Shown: positions 38,085-46,871, counted from the stretch's first letter. The stretch is DNA of 53,389 bases from Candidatus Fermentibacteraceae bacterium (GCA_041686025.1 JAWLEP010000020.1:1-53389); one strand, 5' to 3'. Program-made: numbers and translations. The notes: generated by a model from the letters alone, not told the origin.

Positions 38085-38475
38085 CCCCCGGCCGGACCGG
38101 GCGCGCCGCTACCCCTGGATCCGGCCCCTGGATCCCCTTCTGGTCCTGGCGGGCCTTGTGCCCCTGGTGCTGGGCATTACCGCCGGAGGCGCCGCCCCCG
38201 GCGGCAGAATGGAGCTGGTCTGGCCCGCAGGCTCGGACACCATCAGCCTGTCCCGCGACACCGTCGTATCGCTTCCCGGCCAGCTGGGACCGGTGAGGGT
38301 GGAGGTCACCGACGGCAGGGCCAGGATCGCCCGGTCGCCCTGTCCCGGCCAGGACTGCGTGCGGGCAGGCTGGCTGGAGAGCACCGGGGACATGTCCGTC
38401 TGCATGCCCTCGGGAGTGCTCATCCGCGTCATCGGTACCGCCGAAGGCGGGGGCCCCGACGCGCTGACCTACTGA
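38059..38475 (+). CDS. NusG domain II (Lin0431/DUF1312-like) membrane-anchored protein
   Basis: One TM, then 'VEV.DG.ARI..SPCPGQDCV..GWL...GD..VCMP'. Confidence 0.85.
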   Translation: MSTGSRGNSPRPDRARRYPWIRPLDPLLVLAGLVPLVLGITAGGAAPGGRMELVWPAGSDTISLSRDTVVSLPGQLGPVRVEVTDGRARIARSPCPGQDCVRAGWLESTGDMSVCMPSGVLIRVIGTAEGGGPDALTY

Positions 38476-38494
38476 GCCGGCCGCTGCGGTCGGG

Positions 38495-39175
38495 TCAGCG
38501 TTCTGCCCCCGGCCAGTCGCGCACTATGACCTGCGGCGCGCCGAACACGTACGGCGCCACCTGGTAGGGGGAGAAGTCCACGCGAAAGCCTCTGACCCCT
38601 CGGCCCGAGTCCGGCAACGGAAGCAGCGCCTTGTAGTTGGAGGGCTCGGGAAGGGTGCCCTCCACGATCCAGCTGCTGTCGGAGTCCAGCCGGTCCAGAA
38701 GCGTGTCCCGCACGGCGGCTGCGAAGGCGGCGAAGTCCGCGGAGTCCCCGAGCATGGAGACAGGATCGATGAAGCCCTCCCGGCGGCTGTAGACCCAGGA
38801 GCTGCTCCAGTTCATGCCGTGGGCGCCCCCCTCGTACGCGTAGATATGAGCCATCAGGCACACCAGACCGTCTGGAGAGGGCTCGCGGCGGAAGCGGATC
38901 TCCATCTCCCAGGGCACCGGGCTGCCGTCAACCTCCCCGAGACGTCCGAAGAACGGTTCCAGGAAACCCCGTGCGAACTCCACCAGCGTGTCTCCGATGG
39001 CCGGGACCTCGTACGCCACCTGAGGATACTCCACGGTGACGGTGTACATGTGCCCCGAGTCCGCCCAGAACGCCGGGCCGTCCGGCGGCCCGTACGGAAC
39101 CACGTCACGTCCGGCAGCGTCCGAGCCAGCCGGCAGACCGACGGCCATCAGCAGAGTCAAAGCAGATCTGATCAT
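38495..39175 (-). CDS. Exported RsiV/PdaC-like (DUF3298/DUF4163) protein
   Basis: GGAGGAG RBS before ATG 39175; signal peptide; 'Y.Y.GGAHG' and 'F.PYQVAPY..G' motifs. Confidence 0.8.
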   Translation of the reverse strand: MIRSALTLLMAVGLPAGSDAAGRDVVPYGPPDGPAFWADSGHMYTVTVEYPQVAYEVPAIGDTLVEFARGFLEPFFGRLGEVDGSPVPWEMEIRFRREPSPDGLVCLMAHIYAYEGGAHGMNWSSSWVYSRREGFIDPVSMLGDSADFAAFAAAVRDTLLDRLDSDSSWIVEGTLPEPSNYKALLPLPDSGRGVRGFRVDFSPYQVAPYVFGAPQVIVRDWPGAER

Positions 39176-39447
39176 ACAGACTCCTCCGTCTGAAACCCGA
39201 TTCAAGCACGATTGTGCATTCGAGTTCGTGTCTCCATCTCCCCCTTGGCATTATCGATCTTGCGACAGCCCCAAAGATACGATCTCGGCCGAATCAGGCA
39301 AAGCACGAGTAATCAATGAATTGTGACAATACTGGTGACTTGGGACGGATTCTTGTCAAGGGGTTGAACACCTCTCAGGACGGGGTACAATTACAGTAGA
39401 GCCGTCCAAGGGAGTTCTGTGGAGAGCACAGGTTTGCGCGCCAGAGC

Positions 39448-39470
39448 GGGCGGGGGCTTTGCCCCCGCCC
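39448..39470. terminator. Perfect 10-bp GC hairpin downstream of the aminotransferase gene
   Basis: GGGCGGGGGC-TTT-GCCCCCGCCC; no clear U-tract on either strand. Confidence 0.55.
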
Positions 39471-39490
39471 ATCCCGCATTACGGGCCGGT

Positions 39491-40690
39491 TCAGCCCTCG
39501 AAGCGCCGCAGCCCCTCCTTCAGTATGGCCAGGGCCTTCCGCATGCTGTCCTCGTTGAGCACGTAGGCTATCCGGATCTCGTCCTTGCCCAGCCCCGGCG
39601 TGGCGTAGAAGCCCGCCGCCGGCGCCACCATGGTGGTCTCTTCGTTCACCGAGAAGTCCGAGAGCATCCAGGAGGCGAAGACGTCGCTGTCCTCAACCGG
39701 TATGCGGATGGTGGCGTAGAAGGCTCCCTCGGGCTTGAGGAAGAAGACTCCCTCCGCGTCGGCCAGCTCCTCCATGAGCACGTCCCTGCGGCTCTGGTAG
39801 GTGCTCACCATCCCGTCGAAGTACTCCCGGCTGAGGGAGCCGTAGATGGCGGCGGCCCCGTACTGGGCCAGCGTGGGGGGGCAGAGCCTGGCCTGGGCGA
39901 ACTTCATCATTCCCGCCATCAGCTCGGAGTTGCGGGTGACTATGTCACCCAGACGCGCTCCGCAGGAGCTGAATCGCTTGGAGATGGAGTCCATGACCAC
40001 GGTCCTGTCCTCCAGCCCGGGAAGCTCCAGGACCGACCTGTGGGTGCGGCCGTCGAAGGTGAAGTCCCGGTACACCTCGTCGGCGAGGAGGTAGAGGTCG
40101 TTGTCGCCGACCACCGCGCCCAGCATGTCCAGCTCCTCGCTGCGGAGGACGGTGCCGGTGGGGTTGTTGGGGTTGCAGATCAGCACCGCCCTGGTGCGGT
40201 CGGTGATCTTGTCCTCGATCACCTCCCGGCCGGGCAGGTGGAAGCCGGCCTCCACCTCCGAGGTGATGGGAACCAGCTTCACCCCGGCTATGGTGGCGAA
40301 GCCGTTGTAGTTGGTGTAGAAGGGCTCGAAGCAGACGATCTCGTCGCCGGGGTCGCAGGTGGCCAGCATGGCGAACACCACCGCCTCCGAGCCCCCGGTT
40401 GTGATCAGTATCTCATCGGTGTCCAGCTGTATGCCGTCCCGGCCGTAGTAGCCCCGAATTGCCTCCCGCAGCTGCGGTATTCCCTGGCTGGGGCCGTAGG
40501 CCAGCACCTCCGGCGTGTTGTCCCGTACCGCCTCCCAGAACCCCGGCGGCGTGTGTATGTCCGGCTGGCCTATGTTCAGGTGGTACACGTGCTTCCCCGC
40601 TGCCTTGGCCCGGTCGGCTATCCCGGCCAGCTTGCGGATGGGAGAGGCCTGTATCCGGCGCGCCCTCTCGCTGATCCTCGGCTTGGACAA
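39491..40690 (-). CDS. PLP-dependent aminotransferase class I/II (aspartate aminotransferase-like)
   Basis: 'LNIGQPD', 'GGSEA', 'NPNNPTG', 'DEVY', 'SISKRFS.CG.RLG', 'PEGAFY', 'IRIAY'. Confidence 0.95.
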   Translation of the reverse strand: MSKPRISERARRIQASPIRKLAGIADRAKAAGKHVYHLNIGQPDIHTPPGFWEAVRDNTPEVLAYGPSQGIPQLREAIRGYYGRDGIQLDTDEILITTGGSEAVVFAMLATCDPGDEIVCFEPFYTNYNGFATIAGVKLVPITSEVEAGFHLPGREVIEDKITDRTRAVLICNPNNPTGTVLRSEELDMLGAVVGDNDLYLLADEVYRDFTFDGRTHRSVLELPGLEDRTVVMDSISKRFSSCGARLGDIVTRNSELMAGMMKFAQARLCPPTLAQYGAAAIYGSLSREYFDGMVSTYQSRRDVLMEELADAEGVFFLKPEGAFYATIRIPVEDSDVFASWMLSDFSVNEETTMVAPAAGFYATPGLGKDEIRIAYVLNEDSMRKALAILKEGLRRFEG

Positions 40691-40834
40691 TCTGGGCTCC
40701 CTTCTCCGGTCCCGGGCCGGGAGCCCTGCTGGTACCCGGCCCGGGAGATTTGTATTGTTTGTTGTGGCTGGCAGAGACCAGCGTTACATAGTACCTATAC
40801 CATTACCATCTAACGGGGGCAAAGAGGAGGGCGG

Positions 40835-41617
40835 ATGCGCATCCGGACAGTGGAGCATCCCATAGACCGCGGCCCGGACGAGATCTTGGGGCGATACCTG
40901 GAGAGCGCGGTGCTGGAGCCGGTTCCGGACGCATGCGTATTCCCCGAGCTCTTCACAGTGGGATACGTCCTCGACCAGCTTCCGGAACTGGCGCTGGACC
41001 CCGGCGAGCCCGAAGAGCTGCCCTTCCCGTCCCTGGCCGCCGAGTACGGCATGTGGCTGATACCGGGCACCTTTCCGGTGAGGACGGAAGCCGGCATCGT
41101 GAACCGGCTGCACGTATACTCGCCCCGGGGAGACCTGGCCCACACCACCGAGAAGGTCCATCTCTTCGGCCAGATGGGCGAGGACAGGGTCTTCGGCGGC
41201 GGCCGGCCGGGAGGTACCTTCGATATGGACGGAGTCACAGCAGGGGCCATCGTATGCTACGACCTGCGGTTTCCCGAGCTGGCTCGCTCGCTGGCCCTGG
41301 ACGGCTGCAGGATCATGTTCGTACCCGCCCAGTGGCCCGCATCCCGGAGGGGGCTGTTCAGGTGCCTTCTCAGGGCGCGCTCGGCGGAGTCGCAGACCTT
41401 CACCGTGGGCTGCAACCTGGGCGGGTCCCACCTGGGCGTGGACTTCTGCGGCGGCGGGGCCGTGGCCCGTCCCTCCGGGGAGCTTCTGGATTCCGAGGAG
41501 GTGGAAGAGGGGGTCCGTGACTATCTCGTGGACCCGTCGGAGGTGGAAGAGATGAGACGCAAGCTCAGCTGCATCGAAGACAGAAGGCCCGACACCTACG
41601 GGAGCGGATGGCGATGA
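40835..41617 (+). CDS. Carbon-nitrogen hydrolase (nitrilase family, omega-amidase-like)
   Basis: Catalytic triad motifs 'FPELF', 'KVHLF', 'CYDLRFPEL'; 'PAQWP', 'ARS.E.Q'. Confidence 0.9.
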   Translation: MRIRTVEHPIDRGPDEILGRYLESAVLEPVPDACVFPELFTVGYVLDQLPELALDPGEPEELPFPSLAAEYGMWLIPGTFPVRTEAGIVNRLHVYSPRGDLAHTTEKVHLFGQMGEDRVFGGGRPGGTFDMDGVTAGAIVCYDLRFPELARSLALDGCRIMFVPAQWPASRRGLFRCLLRARSAESQTFTVGCNLGGSHLGVDFCGGGAVARPSGELLDSEEVEEGVRDYLVDPSEVEEMRRKLSCIEDRRPDTYGSGWR

Positions 41618-42708
41618 ACAACGACGAAATCGGAACCACCAGGCTCTGGACATTCTCTGTGACCGCACTGGCCTTCATAGCCATCATCGCCGTTATGAAG
41701 CTGGCCAGCGTGGTGCTGGTTCCCCTCACCGTGGCCTTCTTCCTCACCCTGGTGCTCACCCCCCTGGTGGACAGGGTGTCCGAGGCCACCGACAGCTTCT
41801 TCTGCGGGATGCAGCGGAGGATGGGGCGCCCGGAAGTCTCGGAGAAGTCGGCCCTGGCCACCTTCTTCTCCATACTGTTCGTACTTCTGATACTGGCCTT
41901 CGTGCTGTTCATCGCCTACATGCTGGTCAACGGCCAGATCCGAATGATAGCCAACAACCGCGAGGAGATATCCAGCCGGATCATCCAGCCGATTCAGAGC
42001 TGGCTGCAGCAGAACAGGGTCCTGCGGGCGGAGGGTGAGAGCGCCAGCGGCGACATGGGCCGGGCCCTGCAGTCGGTATGGGCGCACCTTCCCGGCGCCG
42101 CCGGACCCATCATCTCATGGTTATCCACCTTCTCTTTCGTGCTGTTCCTGACAACGTTCATGATGTTGGGCCGCAGGAGGATATCCGAGAGCTTCCGGGA
42201 CAGGATACCCGGCAGCAGGCTCAAGGTCTGGTGGCGGGTCAGGGAGCGGGCGGAGAGGCTCACCAGGCGTTTCCTCCTCACCAAGCTGATCACCAGCAGC
42301 ATAACCGGAGTGGCCCTCGGGCTGTTCCTGCTGCTGTGGCTGGAGCCCTCCTACGCCATGCTCTGGGGCTTCGTGGGGTTCCTGCTGAACTTCGTTCCCA
42401 TCTACGGGTCCCTGCTGGCGGGCGCCATGGCCGTCCTCTGGACCTTCTCCATGCACGGCCTGTCCAGCTGGCCCACCATACCGGGCATTCTGGCCATCAA
42501 CCTGCTGGTATCCAACGCACTGGAGCCCAAGCTCATGGACTTCCGCCTCCCCATAGGCCCGGTGAACATCCTGGTGGGCGTCATCTTCTGGGGCTGGCTG
42601 TGGGGAGGGTGGGGCGTGCTGATGGCTGTCCCCATACTCATAGTAATGCGGGTTGTTGTTGAGGAGTACTTCAAGAGCAGCATAATCTCGGTCCTTATGG
42701 AAGCATAG
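41608..42708 (+). CDS. AI-2E family (PerM-like) transporter
   Basis: Multi-TM protein; 'LNFVP..G', 'N.LEPK', 'WG.LWG.WG..MAVP'. Confidence 0.9.
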   Translation: MAMNNDEIGTTRLWTFSVTALAFIAIIAVMKLASVVLVPLTVAFFLTLVLTPLVDRVSEATDSFFCGMQRRMGRPEVSEKSALATFFSILFVLLILAFVLFIAYMLVNGQIRMIANNREEISSRIIQPIQSWLQQNRVLRAEGESASGDMGRALQSVWAHLPGAAGPIISWLSTFSFVLFLTTFMMLGRRRISESFRDRIPGSRLKVWWRVRERAERLTRRFLLTKLITSSITGVALGLFLLLWLEPSYAMLWGFVGFLLNFVPIYGSLLAGAMAVLWTFSMHGLSSWPTIPGILAINLLVSNALEPKLMDFRLPIGPVNILVGVIFWGWLWGGWGVLMAVPILIVMRVVVEEYFKSSIISVLMEA

Positions 42709-42718
42709 AGGTAGAGAC

Positions 42719-45064
42719 ATGAGAATTGCGTTCGCTGTACTACTGGCCGCCTGCTGGATGCTGCAGGCGGAGACGATGCAGGTGGAGGTGGACTGCTCAG
42801 CCGCCCTGGAACCCGGGGTCCGGCGGACGCCCATGGGGCAGGTGCTGGACGTCGAGGGGATGGTGCCCTCCGCTGAGCCCGGAGCCCCCCTGCTGCCGGT
42901 GATGCCGGTTCAGGTGCTCCTGCCTCCGGGAATGAGGGCGGTTTCCGTAACTGTGGTGGAGGCGCGGCGAGAGGTTGTCGAGCATTACGGCGACCCCAAG
43001 CCGGCCCAGCACGGAGTTCCCCTGAGCAGGCCGGAAGATTTCGTTCCCACGGAGCTCAGCCCCGTGGCTGCCCGCAGCGCCGCGGAGCTGCCCCTGGCCA
43101 GCCTTGCCGGTCAGGGCACCCTCATGGGCTACCCGGTGGCGGACGTGCTGATAAGGCCCTTCCGCTGGGATCCGGAACGGGAAGCCCTCATGGTTGCGGC
43201 ACCATCGATTATGGAGCTGGAGCTGGCTCCCGGCGGCCGGGTACCCCCGGCCCGGGGAGCGGAGGGCAGCCGCGCCGCACGGAATGTGGTGGCCTCTTCG
43301 GTGGCCAATCCCCAGGCGCTGGCGGCCTATCCGACGTCGCCGGCCGTCGACCTTCCCTGGGGCGAGTACCTGATAGTCACCACCGAGGAGCTGGAGGCCG
43401 CCTTCGAGCCGCTGGCGGAGTACAAGACCGTCAAGGGCATCCCGGCGGCCATAGTGAACATGAGCTACATCTCCGACGCCTACTCCGGCGTCGACGAGGC
43501 CCAGAGCCTGCGCTTCTTCCTGCGGGACATCTACGACGGAAGCCCTCCCACCTATGTGCTATTGGCGGGCGACACCCCCGACGTCCCCCACAGGGAGTGC
43601 TGGTCAACGGCGGAGGGCCTCACCGGCGAGTTCGCCGCGGACCTCTACTTCCAGGACATGAACGACACCGCCCCCGGGGTGGACCTGTGGGACGCCGACG
43701 GCGACGGCACGTGGGGCGAGATCGGCGAGGACGTGATGGACTACCATCCCGACTACATACTGGGCCGGGCGCCCGTGGAGACGGTCTCTCAGGCGGAAAC
43801 CTTCGTGGACAAGGCAATGACCTGGGAGGACGGCCCGGACACCGACGCCTGGTACACGTCCATGGGCTTCACCACCGGAGTACTCTGGACCAGCCCCTAC
43901 TGCCCGGGCTCCGCCGGCAAGGAGAAGGTGGACACCCTTTACACCCCGGACTGGTGGCAGATAGAGAAGCACTACGAGAGCGAGGGGACCCAGAGCTACG
44001 CCCTCACCATGGACATGCTCAACCGGGGGATGCAGCTGGTGAACCACGCCGGCCACGGAAGCGAGACCTACGTGTCCATCGGCACCGGAGGCCTGAGCAA
44101 CTCCGACTTCGAGGGCCTCACCAACATCTCCCAGTACGGCAGGCCCTCCATCTGGAACACCATCGCCTGTCTGTCGGGGTCCTTCGACACCGGCACCTGC
44201 CTGGGAGAGGCGTGGATCCGCTCCGAGAACGGCGGCGGCTTCTGCATGATGAACGCCCACTACGGCTGGGGCGAGCCATCCGACCCGGGCAATCAGTGGA
44301 GTGAGCTGGTGGACCAGGAGTTCTTCGCCAAGTTCTTCACCGAGGACATGTACCTGCTGGGCGAGGCCCACGCCATGGCCAAGGACGAGTTCATACCCCT
44401 GATACCCAGCGACACCCACTACGACTGGATAAACAAGGCCCTCAACCTCTTTGGCGACCCGGAGCTTCCCATGTACAGCGCAGCGCCCGCCGGCGACCTG
44501 CAGATGGACGTACCCGACGAGATACCCTCGGGCACCGCCACAGTGGATGTCTCCGTCACCGACGACAACGGAGCCGTCGACGGCGCCAGGGTCTGCCTGA
44601 TGCAGGGGCCGTGGTCGGAGACCGTCGCCTACGCCGTTGACTACACCGACGCCTCCGGCCAGGCATCCATAACCGCCGACTTCGCCGAGACCCCCGACTC
44701 CGTGCTGGTCACCGCCTGGGCCCGCAACCACTCGCCCGTTACGGTGGCAGTTCCCATTGGGCAGCAGGGAGTGGGGGAGAGCGGTTCCGGCACCGAACGC
44801 ATGTTCTACCTCTCCGCGCCCAGCTGCAACCCGGCCGCGGCGCCGGTGAGCTTCGGCTGGGGCAGCGGCATGCGCACAGCCGAGCTGTCCGTCTACGACC
44901 TCAGCGGCCGCAGGATAGCAGTTCTGGGCCGGGGGCTGGACGGCACGGGCACCACCTCCTGGGACCTGACCAGCGGCAACGGCGAACCTGTGCCCAGCGG
45001 CGTCTACATGGTGCGGCTGTCCAGTACCCGCACCGCCACCAGGCGCCTGGTGGTGATCAGATGA
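42719..45064 (+). CDS. C25-family (gingipain-like) cysteine peptidase with propeptide and C-terminal T9SS/FlgD-like domain
   Basis: Signal peptide; propeptide 'PGAP.LP'; 'YLIVT', 'YVLL.GD', 'D.YF', 'GR.P'; dyad 'NHAGHG' / 'TIAC'; 'L.GDP'; tail 'VYDLSGRR...WD...G..VPSGVY..RL'. Confidence 0.9.
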   Translation: MRIAFAVLLAACWMLQAETMQVEVDCSAALEPGVRRTPMGQVLDVEGMVPSAEPGAPLLPVMPVQVLLPPGMRAVSVTVVEARREVVEHYGDPKPAQHGVPLSRPEDFVPTELSPVAARSAAELPLASLAGQGTLMGYPVADVLIRPFRWDPEREALMVAAPSIMELELAPGGRVPPARGAEGSRAARNVVASSVANPQALAAYPTSPAVDLPWGEYLIVTTEELEAAFEPLAEYKTVKGIPAAIVNMSYISDAYSGVDEAQSLRFFLRDIYDGSPPTYVLLAGDTPDVPHRECWSTAEGLTGEFAADLYFQDMNDTAPGVDLWDADGDGTWGEIGEDVMDYHPDYILGRAPVETVSQAETFVDKAMTWEDGPDTDAWYTSMGFTTGVLWTSPYCPGSAGKEKVDTLYTPDWWQIEKHYESEGTQSYALTMDMLNRGMQLVNHAGHGSETYVSIGTGGLSNSDFEGLTNISQYGRPSIWNTIACLSGSFDTGTCLGEAWIRSENGGGFCMMNAHYGWGEPSDPGNQWSELVDQEFFAKFFTEDMYLLGEAHAMAKDEFIPLIPSDTHYDWINKALNLFGDPELPMYSAAPAGDLQMDVPDEIPSGTATVDVSVTDDNGAVDGARVCLMQGPWSETVAYAVDYTDASGQASITADFAETPDSVLVTAWARNHSPVTVAVPIGQQGVGESGSGTERMFYLSAPSCNPAAAPVSFGWGSGMRTAELSVYDLSGRRIAVLGRGLDGTGTTSWDLTSGNGEPVPSGVYMVRLSSTRTATRRLVVIR

Positions 45065-45447
45065 GGGCTGCGGCGGCGGTCACCGCCCTGATCCTAGTCG
45101 CGACGGTATCCCTGGGATCCGGCTGCGAGTCGGGGCAGGCGGACGGGCTGTCGAACCGCTGGAAGCTCAACGAGTGCAGGGCCAACATGAACACCCTGGC
45201 CACGGACCAGGCCCTCTACATGCTCATCACCGGCGAGTGGACCGGCTCGATGGCCAAGCTGGACAGCATAGGCAAGAGAAGACAGGCGCTGGTCTGCCCC
45301 TCGTGCCGGAGCGGGTATGCAATCGACCTCTACGACGGCGGATACATCATCCACTGCCCAGTGGAGGAGCACGGCTCTGTGGACACCGGAGTACCCAGCT
45401 GGGGAGAGCGGCCGGTGGCCGCAACGGATGAACCGGGAAGCCGATAG
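45061..45447 (+). CDS. Hypothetical exported Cys-rich protein (pseudopilin-like head)
   Basis: Signal with possible lipobox 'GSGC'; 'ECRANM..L...Q..Y', 'CPSC..GY', 'I.CP..EHG'. Confidence 0.6.
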   Translation: MRAAAAVTALILVATVSLGSGCESGQADGLSNRWKLNECRANMNTLATDQALYMLITGEWTGSMAKLDSIGKRRQALVCPSCRSGYAIDLYDGGYIIHCPVEEHGSVDTGVPSWGERPVAATDEPGSR

Positions 45448-45453
45448 ACGGCC

Positions 45454-45481
45454 TTGACGGTGAGGCAGGATTACTTATGAT
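45454..45481 (+). promoter_or_regulatory. Putative promoter of tRNA-Ala
   Basis: TTGACG-16 nt-TATGAT, 15 nt upstream of the tRNA. Confidence 0.65.
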
Positions 45482-45496
45482 GGCCGTGCTTTCAGA

Positions 45497-45573
45497 GGGG
45501 CTGTAGCTCAGTTGGTATGAGCACTTGACTGGCAGTCAAGGGGTCACGGGTTCGACTCCCGTCAGCTCCACCA
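45497..45573 (+). tRNA. tRNA-Ala (anticodon GGC)
   Basis: GGGGCTG/CAGCTCC acceptor stem with G3-U70; anticodon arm CTTGA-CTGGCAG-TCAAG; TTCGA T-loop; encoded CCA. Confidence 0.97.
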
Positions 45574-45578
45574 CGGCG

Positions 45579-45607
45579 GAACGGCGGCGGCTCTGCCGTC
45601 GCCGTTC
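45579..45607 (+). terminator. Hairpin immediately downstream of tRNA-Ala
   Basis: GAACGGCGGCGGC-TCT-GCCGTCGCCGTTC; 13-bp stem with one G-U pair and a weak U tail. Confidence 0.6.
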
Positions 45608-45641
45608 TTCGATGACAGACCCTAATGGAAAAACCGGGGAC

Positions 45642-45670
45642 TTGCGCAGGAGCAAAGCATCTTCTATCTT
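45642..45670 (+). promoter_or_regulatory. Putative promoter of the HU-bS22-yfcE unit
   Basis: TTGCGC-17 nt-TATCTT. Confidence 0.45.
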
Positions 45671-45756
45671 CAGTGCTCCCAAAGCGGTATCGAGTAGTGA
45701 CAGCGTGTTTGAATCATCGGGGCAGGCCACATCAGTTCTGTACTGAGGAGGAACAA

Positions 45757-46044
45757 ATGACCAAGGCCGATATCGTATCCAACATCTCCGAAGCAATCGA
45801 CGACAAGGATCTTACCAAGAAGCAGGTGGGCGCCGTCGTTGACCAGTTCTTCGAAGAGGTCCGCAAGGCTCTCTACGCCCACAACCACATAGAGATTCGC
45901 GGATTCGGCACGTTCAAGGTTGTGGAGAGAAGCAAGCGGATGGCCCGCAATCCCCGCACCAAGGAGCCCGTGGTCGTTCCCAGGCGCCATGTCCCCGTAT
46001 TCAAGCCCTCCAAGGCAGTCAAGGACAAGGTAGCGAAGAAGTAG
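45757..46044 (+). CDS. hup: HU/IHF family DNA-binding protein
   Basis: GAGGAGG RBS; 'MTKADIV', 'IEIRGFGTF', 'ARNPRT', 'P.FKPS'. Confidence 0.93.
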   Translation: MTKADIVSNISEAIDDKDLTKKQVGAVVDQFFEEVRKALYAHNHIEIRGFGTFKVVERSKRMARNPRTKEPVVVPRRHVPVFKPSKAVKDKVAKK

Positions 46045-46063
46045 CAGAGAGGGTGGGGTAAAA

Positions 46064-46159
46064 GTGCCCAGCGGAAAGAAGAAAAAGAGAAAGAAGATAG
46101 CCAGGCACAAGCGCAAGAAGAGGCGCCGGGCCAACCGTCACAAGAAGAAGAAAGTCTAG
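46064..46159 (+). CDS. 30S ribosomal protein bS22 (mS38/COX24-like basic peptide); not in the ORF track
   Basis: GTG..TAG, 31 aa MPSGKKKKRKKIARHKRKKRRRANRHKKKKV, matching the Bacteroidota-type 'MPSGKK...HKRKKR.R.NRHKKK' pattern; fills the HU-yfcE gap. Confidence 0.88.
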   Translation: MPSGKKKKRKKIARHKRKKRRRANRHKKKKV

Positions 46160-46642
46160 TTGAGAATAGCGATTCTCTCGGACACGCACATCCCGACTCG
46201 GCTGTCCGACATTCCCGGCAAGGTATACGAGGTCTGCGGCGACGCAGACCTCGTTCTCCATGCCGGCGATCATGTCCAGAAGAGCGTCATCACCGACCTG
46301 GAGCGAATAGCCCCGGTCAAGGTGGTCCAGGGCAACATGGATGGCCCGGAGCTTGCCCACCTGCCGGAGAGACTATGCCTTGAACTGGAGGGCTTCCGCC
46401 TCTGCATGGCCCACGGCAGCGGCGCCCCCTTCAAACTGGAGAAGCGCGTCCTATCCTGGTTCAGCCACCGGAACCCCGATATCGTGGTCTTCGGCCACAC
46501 CCACAGCTACATGGAGAAGACCATCGAAGGCACCCTGGTTCTCAATCCGGGCGCCGTATGCGCAAGCAGCGGCAAACGAACCATGATGGAGCTCATCCTC
46601 CAGGAGGGGAAGCCTCCCCGAACAAGTCGAATCGACTTCTGA
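46160..46642 (+). CDS. YfcE/MJ0936-family metallophosphoesterase
   Basis: 'SDTH', 'HAGD', 'GNMD', 'HG', 'FGHTH', 'NPG'. Confidence 0.93.
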   Translation: MRIAILSDTHIPTRLSDIPGKVYEVCGDADLVLHAGDHVQKSVITDLERIAPVKVVQGNMDGPELAHLPERLCLELEGFRLCMAHGSGAPFKLEKRVLSWFSHRNPDIVVFGHTHSYMEKTIEGTLVLNPGAVCASSGKRTMMELILQEGKPPRTSRIDF

Positions 46643-46659
46643 CACAACGGCCTGAGTGC

Positions 46660-46688
46660 TTGTCTTCAACCCCCATTTGGAGTATCAT
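46660..46688 (+). promoter_or_regulatory. Putative promoter of tRNA-Arg
   Basis: TTGTCT-17 nt-TATCAT. Confidence 0.55.
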
Positions 46689-46721
46689 TCTTCCCCGAAT
46701 CTGACATTTCCGGCCTATGGT

Positions 46722-46797
46722 GCCCCCGTAGCTCAGCTGGATAGAGCACCGGCCTCCGGAGCCGGGTGCATGGGTTCGAATCCCGTCGGGGGTACCA
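46722..46797 (+). tRNA. tRNA-Arg (anticodon CCG)
   Basis: GCCCCCG/CGGGGGT acceptor stem; anticodon arm CCGGC-CTCCGGA-GCCGG; TTCGAAT T-loop; encoded CCA. Confidence 0.97.
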
Positions 46798-46871
46798 GTT
46801 TCCCAATTGCATACCCAGCATTGACATAGCTAACTACTTCTCCATAAGCTCTATGCGGAGGGAGGAGTGCC

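Noticed and set aside
38059..38475. Second transcription factor NusG
   Set aside because: Only the isolated domain-II fold behind a TM helix; no NGN or KOW domain.
39300..39450. c-di-GMP riboswitch or SRP RNA
   Set aside because: Only fragments (GCAAAC on the minus strand, TCAGG) are present; the GNRA/receptor arrangement and the GGAA-loop helix are missing.
39419..40813. 464-aa + strand ORF downstream of the orphan promoter
   Set aside because: It lies antisense to the aminotransferase gene over nearly its whole length and has no recognisable motifs.
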